Origin: Nemertoderma westbladi
Taxonomy: Eukaryota; Animalia; Xenacoelomorpha
Assembly (NCBI GenBank): GCA_032718475.1
Contig: JAUCBJ010001715.1
Span: 1-64,000, forward strand
Reading direction: 5' to 3'
DNA length: 64,000 nt
Part shown: in pieces, positions 39,171 through 52,673 of the stretch
How positions within the stretch are numbered: the first letter of the stretch is position 1
Layout of the letters: the number at the start of each line of letters is the position of its first letter
Position numbers and translations under genes: made by a program
Notes under the pieces: model-generated
What the model was told of the DNA's origin: nothing
What the model saw: only the letters and a program-made list of their open reading frames with translations
Database searches by the model: none

Positions 39171-40688
39171 AGTAGATTAACTCAGGGCAAACAATCAATA
39201 TATACTTAGTAGATTAACTCAGGGCAAACAATCCCTAAGTATCTACTTAGTAGATTAACTCAGGGCAAACAATCCCTAAGTATCCACTTAGTAGATTAAC
39301 TCAGGGCAAACAATCCCTAGGTATCTACTTAGTATAGTAGATTAACTCGGGGCAAACAATCACTAAGTATCTACTTAGTAGATTAAGTCAGGGCAAACAA
39401 TCCCTAAGTATCTACTTAGTAGATTAACACAGGGCAAACAATCCCTAAGTATCCACTTAGTAGATTAACTCAGGGCAAACAATCCCTAGGTATCTACTTA
39501 GTATATTAGATTAACTCGGGGCAAACAATCCCTAAGTACAGTATCTACTTAGTAGATTAACTCAGGGCAAACAATCCCTAAGTACAGTATCTACTTAGTA
39601 GATTAACTCAGGGCAAACAATCCCTAAGTATCTACTTAGTAGATTAACTCAGGGCAAACAATCCCTAGGTATCTACTTAGTATAGTAGATTAACTCGGGG
39701 CAAACAATCACTAAGTATCTACTTAGTAGATTAAGTCAGGGCAAACAATCCCTAAGTATCTACTTAGTAGATTAACACAGGGCAAACAATCCCTAAGTAT
39801 CCACTTAGTAGATTAACTCAGGGCAAACAATCCCTAGGTATCTACTTAGTATAGTAGATTAACTCGGGGCAAACAATCACTAAGTATCTACTTAGTAGAT
39901 TAAGTCAGGGCAAACAATCCCTAAGTATCTACTTAGTAGATTAACACAGGGCAAACAATCCCTAAGTATCCACTTAGTAGATTAACTCAGGGCAAACAAT
40001 CCCTAGGTATCTACTTAGTATATTAGATTAACTCGGGGCAAACAATCCCTAAGTACAGTATCTACTTAGTAGATTAACTCAGGGCAAACAATCCCTAAGT
40101 ACAGTATCTACTTAGTAGATTAACTCAGGGCAAACAATCCCTAAGTATCTACTTAGTAGATTAACTCAGGGCAAACAATCCCTAGGTATCTACTTAGTAT
40201 AGTAGATTAACTCGGGGCAAACAATCACTAAGTATCTACTTAGTAGATTAAGTCAGGGCAAACAATCCCTAAGTATCTACTTAGTAGATTAACACAGGGC
40301 AAACAATCCCTAAGTATCCACTTAGTAGATTAACTCAGGGCAAACAATCCCTAGGTATCTACTTAGTATAGTAGATTAACTCGGGGCAAACAATCACTAA
40401 GTATCTACTTAGTAGATTAAGTCAGGGCAAACAATCCCTAAGTATCTACTTAGTAGATTAACACAGGGCAAACAATCCCTAAGTATCCACTTAGTAGATT
40501 AACTCAGGGCAAACAATCCCTAGGTATCTACTTAGTATAGTAGATTAACTCGGGGCAAACAATCCCTAGGTATCTACTTAGTATAGTAGATTAACTCGGG
40601 GCAAACAATCCCTGGGTATCTACTTACTAGATGAACTCAGGGCAAACAATCCCTAGTAGATTAACTCAGGGCAAACAATCCCTAAGTA
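39171..40688. repeat. Minisatellite, 41/46-bp unit, ~35 copies, overlapping the DnaJ 3' end
   Basis: Unit AGTAGATTAACTCAGGGCAAACAATCCCTAAGTATCTACTT; its reverse complement reads ILRDCLP*. Confidence 0.97.
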
Positions 40689-41664
40689 TTTCCTTTGTAG
40701 AGTCATCTAGAACCTCAGGGAATACAATATTAAACTTAACGATTAGATCCCCCCTCGCCGACGGCTCTTTTGGTAACGGCAACCCTTTACCTACCAACCG
40801 CTTACAGTAACCCGGTTTCAGTATATCAGAGTATTCCAATGGGACTGAGTCTCCTTGTAATGAAGGTATATCCAATGTGAACCCACAAAGGGAATCTTTT
40901 AGCGATACGTCAACTGTGTATAGGATATCAGCTTCATCTCGTTCGTATAGGGAGTGGAGTAGAATTCGGACAATAAAGGTAACGTCGCCTCGTGGTCCGT
41001 CTGCAATACGTTGGTCGCCTTCCTCAGGGAACTTAATCTTAGTTCCTTCAGTCCAACCCGCCTGTACCGATATACTGAAATTCTTATCTTCCGTCTCAGT
41101 TTGACCGACAGGTCGTCCCACTGTGCGTTGTATCGTAACGATCTTATCGGACTGACGGTGTAGATCTTCCAACGATAGCGGCAGATCGAAAGTCCGCGGA
41201 TTGGGTTTAGTTTGAGACGAGCCGAAACCGAACGCTTCGTGGAAGTTGCCGTCCAGGTCCACGGGTCGTCCGTTTATTATAATCCGTCGGGAACCCCGGC
41301 GGGGAAACCCGGAATCCGAGAAACCGGAAGAAAAGAAAGGCGACGAGCTTCCGAAGAAGGTCTCGAATAAATCGCGTGGATCCGTGAAGGTATGCGTATG
41401 GAAGGGGAAGGACGCACCCTGTGGGTTGACACCGGCCCCAGGACGCAGTCCCTCCTCCCCGAATCTATCGTAAGTCTCGCGTTTACTCGGGTCTATCAGC
41501 ACCTCGTAGGCCTCGCTTATTTCTTTGAATCGCTCCCCTGCTGCCGGTTCGTCTGGGTTTTTGTCCGGGTGGTATCGCAAGGCAAGTTTTCGGTAGGCCT
41601 TTTTTATTTCCTCTGCTGATGCCGTTTTAGATACGCCTAGAGTGTTGTAGTAATCTTTACCCAT
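40666..41664 (-). CDS. Class II Hsp40 co-chaperone (DNAJB1/4/5-like), intronless
   Basis: MGKDYY J-domain with HPD, G/F-rich linker and DnaJ C-terminal domain ([28 protein letters not shown]). Confidence 0.96.
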   Translation of the reverse strand: MGKDYYNTLGVSKTASAEEIKKAYRKLALRYHPDKNPDEPAAGERFKEISEAYEVLIDPSKRETYDRFGEEGLRPGAGVNPQGASFPFHTHTFTDPRDLFETFFGSSSPFFSSGFSDSGFPRRGSRRIIINGRPVDLDGNFHEAFGFGSSQTKPNPRTFDLPLSLEDLHRQSDKIVTIQRTVGRPVGQTETEDKNFSISVQAGWTEGTKIKFPEEGDQRIADGPRGDVTFIVRILLHSLYERDEADILYTVDVSLKDSLCGFTLDIPSLQGDSVPLEYSDILKPGYCKRLVGKGLPLPKEPSARGDLIVKFNIVFPEVLDDSTKEILRDCLP

Positions 41665-42369
41665 GGTTCCGTTCCTTCCGTTGCCACTTTCAGACTTTAT
41701 TAAATAACAATAATATAAGCATGTAGGCTACCTACAGCTGTACAGTGCTACAGATTGCAGGATTGTTTATCTGTCAGTCTGTATATCTGTCTGTTTATCT
41801 GTCCCTGTATTACTAGGCTATTGACTAGGCTACAGACTTAAGCCTAAGGAATAAGACTAACAATAATATACTAACTGAATAAACAGTTAATTGAGCTGAA
41901 ACGTACTGAATGAAACACATAAGGCTGTAAGGCCCTACCGGTACTACAAATACACTTGGGTCTATTTATAAAGGGACCAGTGACCAGTTGACCAGTAATA
42001 CCGGTATATAACTGTATAGTACGGTACAGTAGTAGGCCTATAAGGCTGTAAGGAAGTAAGGAGTGGGAAGAGTGAACAGAGACATAAACTTACTATTACG
42101 CGCGCGAGCTGGGGGAAGATCTTCTCTGTGCTGGGGGTAAGAGCGCGTAAGAAAAGGGGGAAGAGGGGGAAAGAAAAGGGGTATGGATCTATAAATAGCA
42201 TCCAATGGGACGCCTCTATTTTACGACCGTTCTATACTGTAAACATACAGCTGTCTACCTTATTGAGAAGTGGTAATACTACTTAATAGTTGCTAAACTT
42301 ACCCCCAGCCACCCACCTATCATTACACACCTACTGTATTTAACCACACATACCCATTCCTACATACCA

Positions 42370-45300
42370 ACTTACACGTACCCACCCACCCACCTAAGCA
42401 CGACTTAACTGCACCCACCCACCCTCCCAAGCACGTCTACTTAACCGCACCCACCCACCCTCCTAAGCACGTCTACTTAACCGCACCCACCCAAGCACGT
42501 CTACTTAACCGCACCCACCCGCCTAAGTACGTCTACTTACTCGCACCCACCCACCTACTTAAGCACGTCTACTTACCCGCTCCCACCCACACACCTAAGC
42601 ACCCCTACTTAACCGCACCCACCCACCCACCTAAGCACGTATACTTACCCGCACCCACCCACCTACCTAAGCACACCTAGTTAACCGCACCCACCTAAGC
42701 ACGTCTACTTAACCACACCCACCCACCCACCTAAGAACACCTACTTAACCGCACCCGCCCACCCACACACCTAAGCACGTCTACTTAACCGCACCCACCC
42801 ACCCACCTGAGCACGTATACTTACCCGCACCCACCCACCTACCTAAGCACACCTAGTTAACCGCACCCACCTAAGCACGTCTAATTAACCACACCCACCC
42901 ACCCACCTAAGCACACCTATTTAACCGCACCCACCCACCTTCCTAAGCTCGTCTACTTAACCGCACCCACCCAAGCACGTCTACTTAACCGCACCCACCC
43001 ACGTAAGCACGTCTACTTACCCGCACCCACCTACCTACTTAAGCACGTCTACTTACCCGCTCCCACCCACACACCTAAGCACGTCTACTTAACCGCATCC
43101 ACCCAAGCACGTATACTTACCCGCACCCACCCACCTACCTAAGCACACCTATTTAACCGCACCCACCTAAGCACGTCTACTTAACCACACCCACCCACCC
43201 ACCAACCTAAGCACACCTACTTAACCGCACCAACCCACCCACCCTCCTAAGCACGTCTACTTAACCGCACCCACCCACCTAAGGACGTCTACTTACCCGC
43301 ACCCACCCACCTACTTAAGTACGTCTACTTAACCGCACCCACCCAAGCACGTCTACTTAACCGCACCCACCCACCTAAGCACGTCTACTTACCCGCACCC
43401 ACCCACCTACTTAAGCACGTCTGCTTACCCGCTCCCACCCACACACCTAAGCACCCCTACTTAACCGCACCCACCCACCCACATAAGCACGTATTCTTAC
43501 CCGCACCCACCCACCTACCTAAGCACACCTAGTTAACCGCACCCACGCACGGCTACTTAACCACACCCACCCACCCACCTAAGCACACCTACTTAACCGC
43601 ACCCGCCCACCCACACACCTAAGCACGTCTACTTAACCGCACCCACCCAAGTACGTCTACTTAACCGCACCCACCCACCTAAGGGCGTCTACTTACCCGC
43701 ACCCACCCACCTACTTAAGCACGTCTACTTAACCGCACCCACCCACACACCTAAGCACACCAACTTAACAGCACCCACCCACCCACCCTCCTAAGCACGT
43801 CTACTTAACCGCACCCACCCAAGCACGTCTACTTAACCGCTCCCACCCACCTAAGCACGTATACTTACCCGCACCCACCCACCTACTTAAGCACGTTTGC
43901 TTACCCGCACCCACCCACACACCTAAGCACCCCTACTTAACCGCACCCACCCACGCACATAAGCACGTATTCTTACCCGCACCCACCCACCTACCTAAGC
44001 ACACCTAGTTAACCGCACCCACGCACGGCTACTTAACCACACCCACCCACCCACCTAAGCACACCTACTTAACCGCACCCGCCCACCCACACACCTAAGC
44101 ACGTCTACTTAACCGCACCCGCCCAAGCACGTCTACTTAACCGCACCCACCCACCTAAGGGCGTCTACTTACCCGCACCCACCCATCTACTTAAGCACGT
44201 CTACTTAACCGCACCCACCCACACACCTAAGCACACCAACTTAACAGCACCCACCCACCCACCCTCCTAAGCACGTCTACTTAACCGCACCCACCCAAGC
44301 ACGTCTACTTAACCGCTCCCACCCACCTAAGCACGTATACTTACCCGCACCCACCCACCTACTTAAGCACGTTTGCTTACCCGCACCCACCCACACACCT
44401 AAGCAAGCACCCCTACTTAACCGCACCCACCCACCCACATAAGCACGTATTCTTACCCGCACCCACCCACCTACCTAAGCACACCTAGTTAACCGCACCC
44501 ACGCACGGCTACTTAACCACACCCACCCACCCACCTAAGCACACCTACTTAACCGCACCCGCCCACCCACACACCTAAGCACGTCTACTTAACCGCACCC
44601 ACCCAAGCACGTCTACTTAACCGCACCCACCCACCTAAGGGCGTCTACTTACCCGCACCCACCCACCTACTTAAGCACGTCTACTTAACCGCACCCACCC
44701 ACACACCTAAGCACACCAACTTAACCGCACCCACCCACCCACCCTCCTAAGCACGTCTACTTAACCGCACCCACCCAAGCACGTCTACTTAACCGCACCC
44801 ACCCACCTAAGCACGTCAACTTAACCGCACCCACCCACCCACCTAAGCACGTCTACTTAACTGCACTCATCCACCCACCTAAGCACGTATATTTACCCGC
44901 ACCCACCCACCTACCTAAGTACACCTAGTTAACCGCACCCACCTAAGCGCGTCTGCTTACCCGCACCCACCCACCCACCTAAGCACACCTACTTAACCGC
45001 ACCCACCCACCAACCTAACTACGTCTACTTAACCGCACCCACACACCAAACTAAGCAAGCACGTCTACTTACCTGCTCCCACCCACACACCTAAACACCC
45101 CTACTTAACCGCACCCACTCAACCACCTAAGCACACCTACTTAACCGCACCCGCCCACCCACACACCTAAGCACGTCTACTTAACCGCACCCACCCAAGC
45201 ACGTCTACTTAAACGCACCCACCCACCTAAGGGCGTCTACTTACCCGCACCCACCCACCTACTTAAGCACGTCTACTTAACCGCACACACCCACACACCT

Positions 45301-45790
45301 AAGCACACCAACTTAACCGCACCCACCCACCCACCCTCCTAAGCACGTCTACTTAACCGCACCCACCCAAGCACGTCTACTTAACCGCACCCACCCACCT
45401 AAGCACGTCAATTTAACCGCACCCACCCACCCACCTAAGCACGTCTACTTAACCGCACTCACCCACTCACCTAAGCACGTATATTTACCCGCACCCACCC
45501 ACCTACCTAAGTACACCTAGTTAACCGCACCCACCTAAGCGCGTCTACTTACCCGCACCCACCCTCCTACCTAAGCACACCTACTTAACTACACCCACCC
45601 ACCCTCCTAAGCACGTCTACTTAACCGCACCCACCAACCTACATAAGCACGTCTACTTAACCGCACCCACCCACCAACCTAAGCACGTCTACTTAACCGC
45701 ACCCACACACCAAACTAAGCAAGCACGTCTACTTAACCGCACCCAACCTCCCCTACCCCTACACACCTAATTACCCGCACTCACCTACCC
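42370..45790. repeat. CCCA-rich minisatellite (~28-40-bp variable unit), G-rich on the minus strand
   Basis: AAGCACGTCTACTTAACCGCA(CCCA)n repeated over ~3.4 kb, with higher-order blocks. Confidence 0.97.
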
Positions 45791-47152
45791 CTACCCACCC
45801 TCCCTCCCTCCCACACCCTTATTTACCCGCACCGACCGCCCGAACCTAACAAACACACCCACCCCTACTTATTCTACCTTATTCAGACTCCACGGCAAAC
45901 ATTCTCGGAGTATGTCTGGGGCAGGCTTTGGCCGGTGTTAAAAAATCAGACAATTATTAATTAATTAGCATCTCGTTATTGCAATTTTCCATATCATTTT
46001 TAATTCTAGAATTTAATTCTTTTAATTTTAGAATTCAAACTTTTGAATTGTTTAATCGATAACCAAGTAGGCCTATATTATTAGTGTACTTTAGTTATTA
46101 GTAGATAACATTTCATGTTGTTGAGTTTTGTTCTGTGAAATTTGAGGTGTTATAGTAAACTTAGTATCCTTATACAATGTGTATATTGCACTGTGGGCAG
46201 TAATAAAATATGTCACCTGTATAAATAATATCACACCAACTTCACCATTTTCATTGTTACAACATTGGGATTGAATGGATATCCACAACCAATCATCCCC
46301 CTTAATAATTTAAGTTAATTGAAATTGACATATTAATTTATTAACTTTACTTTTTTAATTTAATATCAAGATGAAGGCTCCTTACGTTTTAGGCCCGTGT
46401 GTTCCTATTGTACTTTATGCTTATCCAATCTTCGCCCAATAATTACCAATTATTGGAAAGGAACAGGTTATAGTGGGATGCATTTCTAACCAAAACAATA
46501 AACGGGAGTCAATATCACAGGTTAAACTTCCATAATCAATTTTGATTGATAATCATCAATCATCAATTAAAAGTATTAGTTAAATAGGGAACAGTTCCGT
46601 ATGTGTCAACATTTTCGTTGTTTTTTTTTTTCAACAAATTTTCATGCTTTTTTAAGGGAGAAGTTTGCTGCGTCCCTCTTACTTACATTTATACCCGTCC
46701 GTCCCATGAGGTAATAGCAGAAAATTGGTTGCGAAATAGCTGGAAATAATATACAATTATTATAAACTAAAAATCGATACAAAAAATAACTAGTATCTTT
46801 ATTCTTGATAATTAAATACAAATTGCTTGCAATATAAATAGCAGTCAACACCGTATTTATTATCGGAATTATCAGACCCAAATCGGTGATTGATTTCACT
46901 GAGTAACTGTCTTTCAGATTCTTCGGATTTCCATCAACATTAAAATTTTAAAATTCCATCAACATTTAATATTCTAGAATATATATAATATCATAACAGG
47001 GCCTATATTACCTATTTTGCTATTTCACTTCAGTTTTAGTTATCGATCCGAGATATTAATGGTTTTTTTTAAGTGGCTTTCAACAACAAAAAAAACTACA
47101 AAAGTCGTGGCAAAAATAAAATTTTTTGTTTTTTTTCGCTTTTTCGAAAGTA

Positions 47153-47932
47153 CTAACCATGTATTACGAAGTTCCACCTTATAAGGCTATGATGTCCATC
47201 GATGTGCCAAAAAGAATTGGCACCCTTTACATTATATCGTCGTCGGACCACAAGCGCTCGCCACCTTGCTGCTGATAAAATGGGGTCGATTTCCCTTAAG
47301 ACACGATGAACATGTCGAAGCGCGATGAACATATTTTGACTTCGTAGCATGGCATACACGAATCTACATCCCGCATAAGGGAATTGTTGATGAATTTCAC
47401 CAATAACTTCTTTAATTTGGTTTTCATTCTATAACGTATTGCGATACAAGTTTCGAACTCCCAAACCAAATTGACGAACTCGGTCCATAATAGTTGATCG
47501 ACTCACTCCAAATATCGCAGCAATCTGAGTCCAGTTAAATCCCGCCTCTTTGAGGTATTCAAGTTGAGACTTAGTAACGTCGTATCTTGGTCTCCCCGTA
47601 TTGTCAGGTCCCGGACCATTATGTGTGAGAACATGATTAAACAAAGAAGTACAATCAGGACTGACCCTTATGTACAAGTTGGCGATACGAACTTGTAGGG
47701 TATTGAACATATGTCAGATACTCAACAATTGCTGAATCATGAGCTGTCAAATTATTAGATTCCTTTATTATAGTTAAGCAATTACATACTGTATATTGGT
47801 GAGTTTAGCTAATAGGTACTCCTTGAATTCGTCATTAATTAATTGAGGTGAGTAATCAGGTTTTAAAACACGTGCGCATTCGGTTATGATATGTTCCAAA
47901 TGGTTGACAAATATACTTGCCGGAGTTTTCAT
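47153..47932 (-). mobile_element. Truncated HTH plus integrase-like DDE transposase (IS3EU-like; family tentative)
   Basis: HTH FNWTQIAAIFGVSRSTI..R; RRRYNVKGANSFWHIDGHHSLIRWNFVIHG, cut off just before the expected GIDG motif. Confidence 0.7.
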
Positions 47933-48092
47933 GATAAACAATAAAAACTAAACTACTATAAAGTGGCAATGATGAAATCAAATTTACAATATAAAAACAA
48001 CAATTTAAATAACCTTAATAATAATAAAATAGCAAAATAATAATCATAACAAATATAAAAAGGGTTTTTTAAATACATAAAAATTATGTCAT

Positions 48093-48310
48093 TCGTGATT
48101 GGCTAAAACATGGGTGACATATTTTCAAAGATGAGGCGCAAATTCGCGATTGGCTAAAAGATGGGTGGCAATTATTCGAAGAAGAGGCGCAAATTCGTGA
48201 TTGGTTAAAAGATGGGTGACAATTATTCGAAGATGAGGCGCAAATTCGTGATTGGTTAAAAGATGGGTGACAATTATTAAAAGATGAGGCGCAAATTCGC
48301 GATTGGCTAA
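48093..48310. repeat. ~51-bp tandem repeat x4 with CCAAT boxes, upstream of the transposase
   Basis: GATGAGGCGCAAATTCGTGATTGGTTAAAAGATGGGTGACAATTATTCGAA. Confidence 0.9.
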
Positions 48311-48455
48311 AATATGAGTACAAAATTGCAAGGTTTTCCGAATTAATGGTGTACTCATTTTAAAATGAGTACATAATTCTTTGAATTAGTGACTCTTATA
48401 AAAATATGAGTACAAAATTAAAAGATTTTCCGAATTAATGGTGTACTCATTTTAA

Positions 48456-49532
48456 CCCTCCCCCGGTAACGTGGGGTAAAATAATACCCCAAGGGGATTA
48501 CTTTTGATATTTTTCGACAATCTCTCATATTATGTATGTCCAACTTCATAGTATCTTCCAAAAAACTTGTAATCTAACGATTGTGGGGGTCAAACCCATA
48601 AAATTTTGTTTATGAAAAATGTTATGGGCCCTTAATTTGAAAACAACTTAGTTAGGTAAGATGGGGTATAAAAATACCCCATAACGTTATGGTGCTCGTT
48701 TAGTGGTGCTTTGTGACTCATTTTGGTTTCATTGGAACCACAATGGTCGATTTAGTTGTATTAGACAGCTAGAGGCATGTTTTAACTTTGTCTTTTAAGA
48801 CCAAATTATCAGTATTATGAAGCTACTGTATTGTGTATGGCCTGTATTTCACAACCCAAGACTTCGGCCTAATCGCGATGCGATAGATTGCTAAATGCTA
48901 AGTATATGTGAATAATTCTTATTGTGTAGGCTTTCTTAAGAGGTGTTCTGGCCTTTTGGGTCTCATTTTGGGTTCATTGAAACTGCAATGTATAATTTAG
49001 TTGGACAATAATCACATTTTATGACCAAATCATCAGTACTTTTGCAGTCATGGTGTATATTTCATATTACAATTCAAGATCTTGTGCTATTGCGAGGTGA
49101 TATATCTGTATATATATATATCACTTTGTTGACTTTTAGTGGTGGTATTTGACTCATTTTATGCTTATTGGAACTGCAATTGTATACTTCAGGGTGTACT
49201 TGACCCATAACACCACTAAAAAATCTAAAATGAGAAACACTCTCACAGCTAATGCTTCGCTATGATAGTATCTTGTTGCAAAACGCCCCATCGCGACGTT
49301 AACGATGATCGCGATTGTAGTGGGATAACTTTTGTGGCATTGAGCGTTGGGTAGACTTCAACCAAATTGAAAAAAAAAATTCACAACTTATTTTTTCACC
49401 ATTGGCAAATTCTGGGAGGGGGATTGCAAGTGTTTTTCTGTTTAATGTTACTTAAAATGTCTTATCAATTTGGGGTATAAAAATACCCCATGTTACCGGT
49501 GAAGGATAATTTTTTACCATACCGGGGCAGGG
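48456..49532. mobile_element. piggyBac-like non-autonomous element
   Basis: TTAA|CCCTCCCCCGGTA...TACCGGGGCAGGG|TTAA; subterminal GGGGTATAAAAATACCCC palindromes. Confidence 0.85.
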
Positions 49533-49732
49533 TTAAAATGAGAACATAATTCTTTGAATTAGTGACTCTTATAAAAATATGAGTTCAAAATTAAAAGATT
49601 TTCCGAATTAATGGTGTACTCATTTTAAAATGAGAACATAATTCTTTGAATTAGTGACTCTTATAAAAATATGAGTACAAAATTAAAAGATTTTCCGAAT
49701 TAATGGTGTACTCATTTTAAAATGAGAACATA

Positions 49733-51719
49733 CAGTCGGGGTCTCAAAGTGCATCTGTTCTTTGAGAGTTTCTCAAAGTTTTTTTAAAAGTGTCTAAAAG
49801 TGATTGCATTACTCCCAACGGCCGCTTTGAATTCTTGTAGACACTTTTAGTTGGGAATCTCAAAGTGATTTCCTGCTTTTAGGCACTTTGAATTCTTTGA
49901 GAAATGTCACTTTGAGGTAGTTTGCGGCACTTTTAATTCTTTGAGAAAATAAACTCCGAGGTATTCCTGATTGACAGCTCGTGGTAAGTTTATTGAGAGG
50001 CAGAGGCATTCTCGGGGAACAATATTATGCGGGCAACAAAGTGATACTTGTGTGCTGGCCAGTTGTTGCATAGAAGCTATATTCCCATTAATTTATCAAA
50101 TTGAGGTTCCTGAGGTCATTACGGGATGGGTTTTCGGTCGCAAGTACAAATTGAATTTACGGCACCCTAAAGTCTTTCTAAAAAACATTCACTCAAAAAA
50201 TACATGAAACATAATTAGTGAAACAAGATTAATGCTTGACAAGATTGATTATTTTAATACATGTAACATAATACAATATAAGATTAACAATTAATATAAG
50301 AGAAACTGCACTGTAGTATCTCTGTGTATATGCAGTTTCATTATATAATGACCTAAAGAAGCCCTGTTGGGAGAAAGCTTGTAATAACATTTTGTTATTC
50401 ATTTCATTAGTCACCTGAGGTCAAACCGTTCTACCTAACTGTTTAATTAATATGATAACTATGTTGACGAGAGCGTGAGAATACCTTCTTAAAAACTAAG
50501 AAAGTCTTTCGACTTTCAAGTACGATAGAACGGCTACAATCTTGTGTTGTTTTAGCTTAAATAGAGATATTAAAATATCCCCTGCCGCTGGCGTTTATAT
50601 TTGAGAATATTTTATATGTTTGCCTCATATTAAATTGATGTTGCGACCCACGGACGGCGACCTTCAAACAAACAGGTGCAGAGTCGGAAAGAACTGTCAC
50701 ATGCTTTGCTTGGCTTGTGGTGTGGTACCATTTGATTACATAATAGATTTTGGCAGACTGGGCGGTCGCTCTGACCATATGCATTGCGCACCAACAATGC
50801 CTAAAACATCTATGGGAACAGCCAATTAGTGCGCTTGAATCATTTATCTTTATTCCTGCCTCTATCGTTATTCTTTACTTTGTATAACACAATTTACAGT
50901 GCGGCAAAGTATGGCTGGTTGACTATTGAAATGCATTGGTAAAGGTATTCGGCGTTCACGTGGGCTAAACAAATTTAAACAGACAGTTTTAGCACTATAC
51001 ATTAATATAGATAGGGCAACAGACAAACTGTCTAAGACACAAATACCAACACATTCCGATAGCCCGCAATTATGGCGTCTCTAAGAGTCCAAATATAAAT
51101 TAATAAAATCCTCTATGAAACAATAAAAATACCTACAAAAAATACTGCTGTATTAAATATTAGTTACTGCAGTAACATATAACAATTACTGCAGTCTTAA
51201 CAAATATTTATTACTGCAGTAATAAATATTTATTACTGCAGTAACAAATATTTATTACTGCAGTAACAAATATTTATTACTACAATAATCAATATTAATA
51301 AATTAATAAATAATTGAATAAAAATTTATACTGCAGTAATCAATATTAATAAATAATTGAATAAAAATTTCTACTGCAGTAACAAATTATTTGTTACTGC
51401 AGAAAAATACAATTTTTTATTACTGCAATAATAATTAATTCTTACTTTCAGTAACAAATATTTATTACTGCAGTATTTTTTGGAGGCATTTGTATTGTTT
51501 CATAGAGGTTTTTATTACTTATATTTTACCCTTTAGTCAAAGTCAATATACCCCATACCATAGCCAGCTTCAGGCAGGACTGTATGAAATGACTGACAGT
51601 ACTACTTTGAAATCTTTGAGGACACTTTGTCATTTTCTTGGACCACTTTTAGAAATTTGAGACACTTTTAGTTCTTTGAGAAAATCTCAAAGAACAGATG
51701 CACTTTGAGACCCCGACTG
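49733..51719 (+). mobile_element. pogo/Tigger-like non-autonomous DNA transposon with both ends
   Basis: TA TSD; TIR CAGTCGGGGTCTCAAAGTGCATCTGTTCTTTGAGA; decayed CENP-B/Tc5-like GWVF..RKYKLNLR and a VDES remnant. A further copy lies at ~20923-26138. Confidence 0.85.
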
Positions 51720-52673
51720 TAATTCTTTGAATTAGTGACTCTTATAAAAATATGAGTTCAAAATTAAAAGATTTTCCGAATTAATGGTGTACTCATTTTA
51801 AAATGAGTACATAATTCTTTGAATTAGTGACTCTTATAAAAATATGAGTAATGTGTCAAATTATTTTCCTTAAAAAAAATATGAGTAAATAATAAAATGG
51901 GGTTTTAATACTAAAAGTATGCCATACAAACAATGCCAAGATTCAAATTAATTTTAATTCTAATTAAAAATGACGGAAATGGGAAAAGGTTTTCACTTTC
52001 ATACATTTCGCCCTTTAGCGGGAAGAACTGGAACTAGAACTGCATACCGATTAGTGGAGATTACCGACCCCACAAAGGCACAGGATATATAGTTTGTCCT
52101 TGGTCGCAATACTGTAGGTTGCAAATGTGAAAGTGAAACATTTCCTGATGACAGACTTGGCTGCTATAGTTCTACACATGCAGACTCGTAGACGTTGACA
52201 TCATAATACGCTGTACATGTAGCAGTATGAAAGTCGGTAGGCCCTAAAGTGAAACATTTTCTGAATACAGACTCTTTTGCAACACATTCAGGCAGTCAGG
52301 CACACAAGCAAGGAATTCACTATTGTAGGCAATACCCATCAGGCATTTACTGTAGTTTTAGTATGATACCGTTACCGGTAGTCGATAAAGTGAAACTTTC
52401 TAACTCCGTACCATTCTACTTACGAAATGCAGATGCATTACTGCATTAGGCACCGGTAGTACGGTACCGCAGTGTTTCTCGTATAGTCTGCCTGTACGGT
52501 CTGACAGTAGGTAGATTCGTAGATAACGGTAATTGGTAGTATAGTTTCATTTATCATAAGTTTGATTTCTAGAATAATGACCAGTAGGCCTAATTCTAGG
52601 CCTATAAAATAATATTTTAATTTTTTAAATTAGGCCTACCGGTATACAGTAAGCTGAGAGCTAGCTAGATAGG

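Larger units (their letters stand above)
48310..51850. repeat. ~90-bp palindrome-containing tandem repeat split by two transposons
   Basis: Unit contains GTACTCATTTTAAAATGAGTAC and rejoins when 48456-49532 and 49733-51719 are removed. Confidence 0.85.

Noticed and set aside
39171-40688. CRISPR-like array of ~41-bp repeats with an internal palindrome
   Set aside because: No unique spacers, no cas genes, eukaryotic context, and the unit derives from the DnaJ 3' end.
42105-42130. Heat-shock element upstream of DnaJ (GAAGATCTTC)
   Set aside because: Spacing does not fit nGAAnnTTCn arrays.
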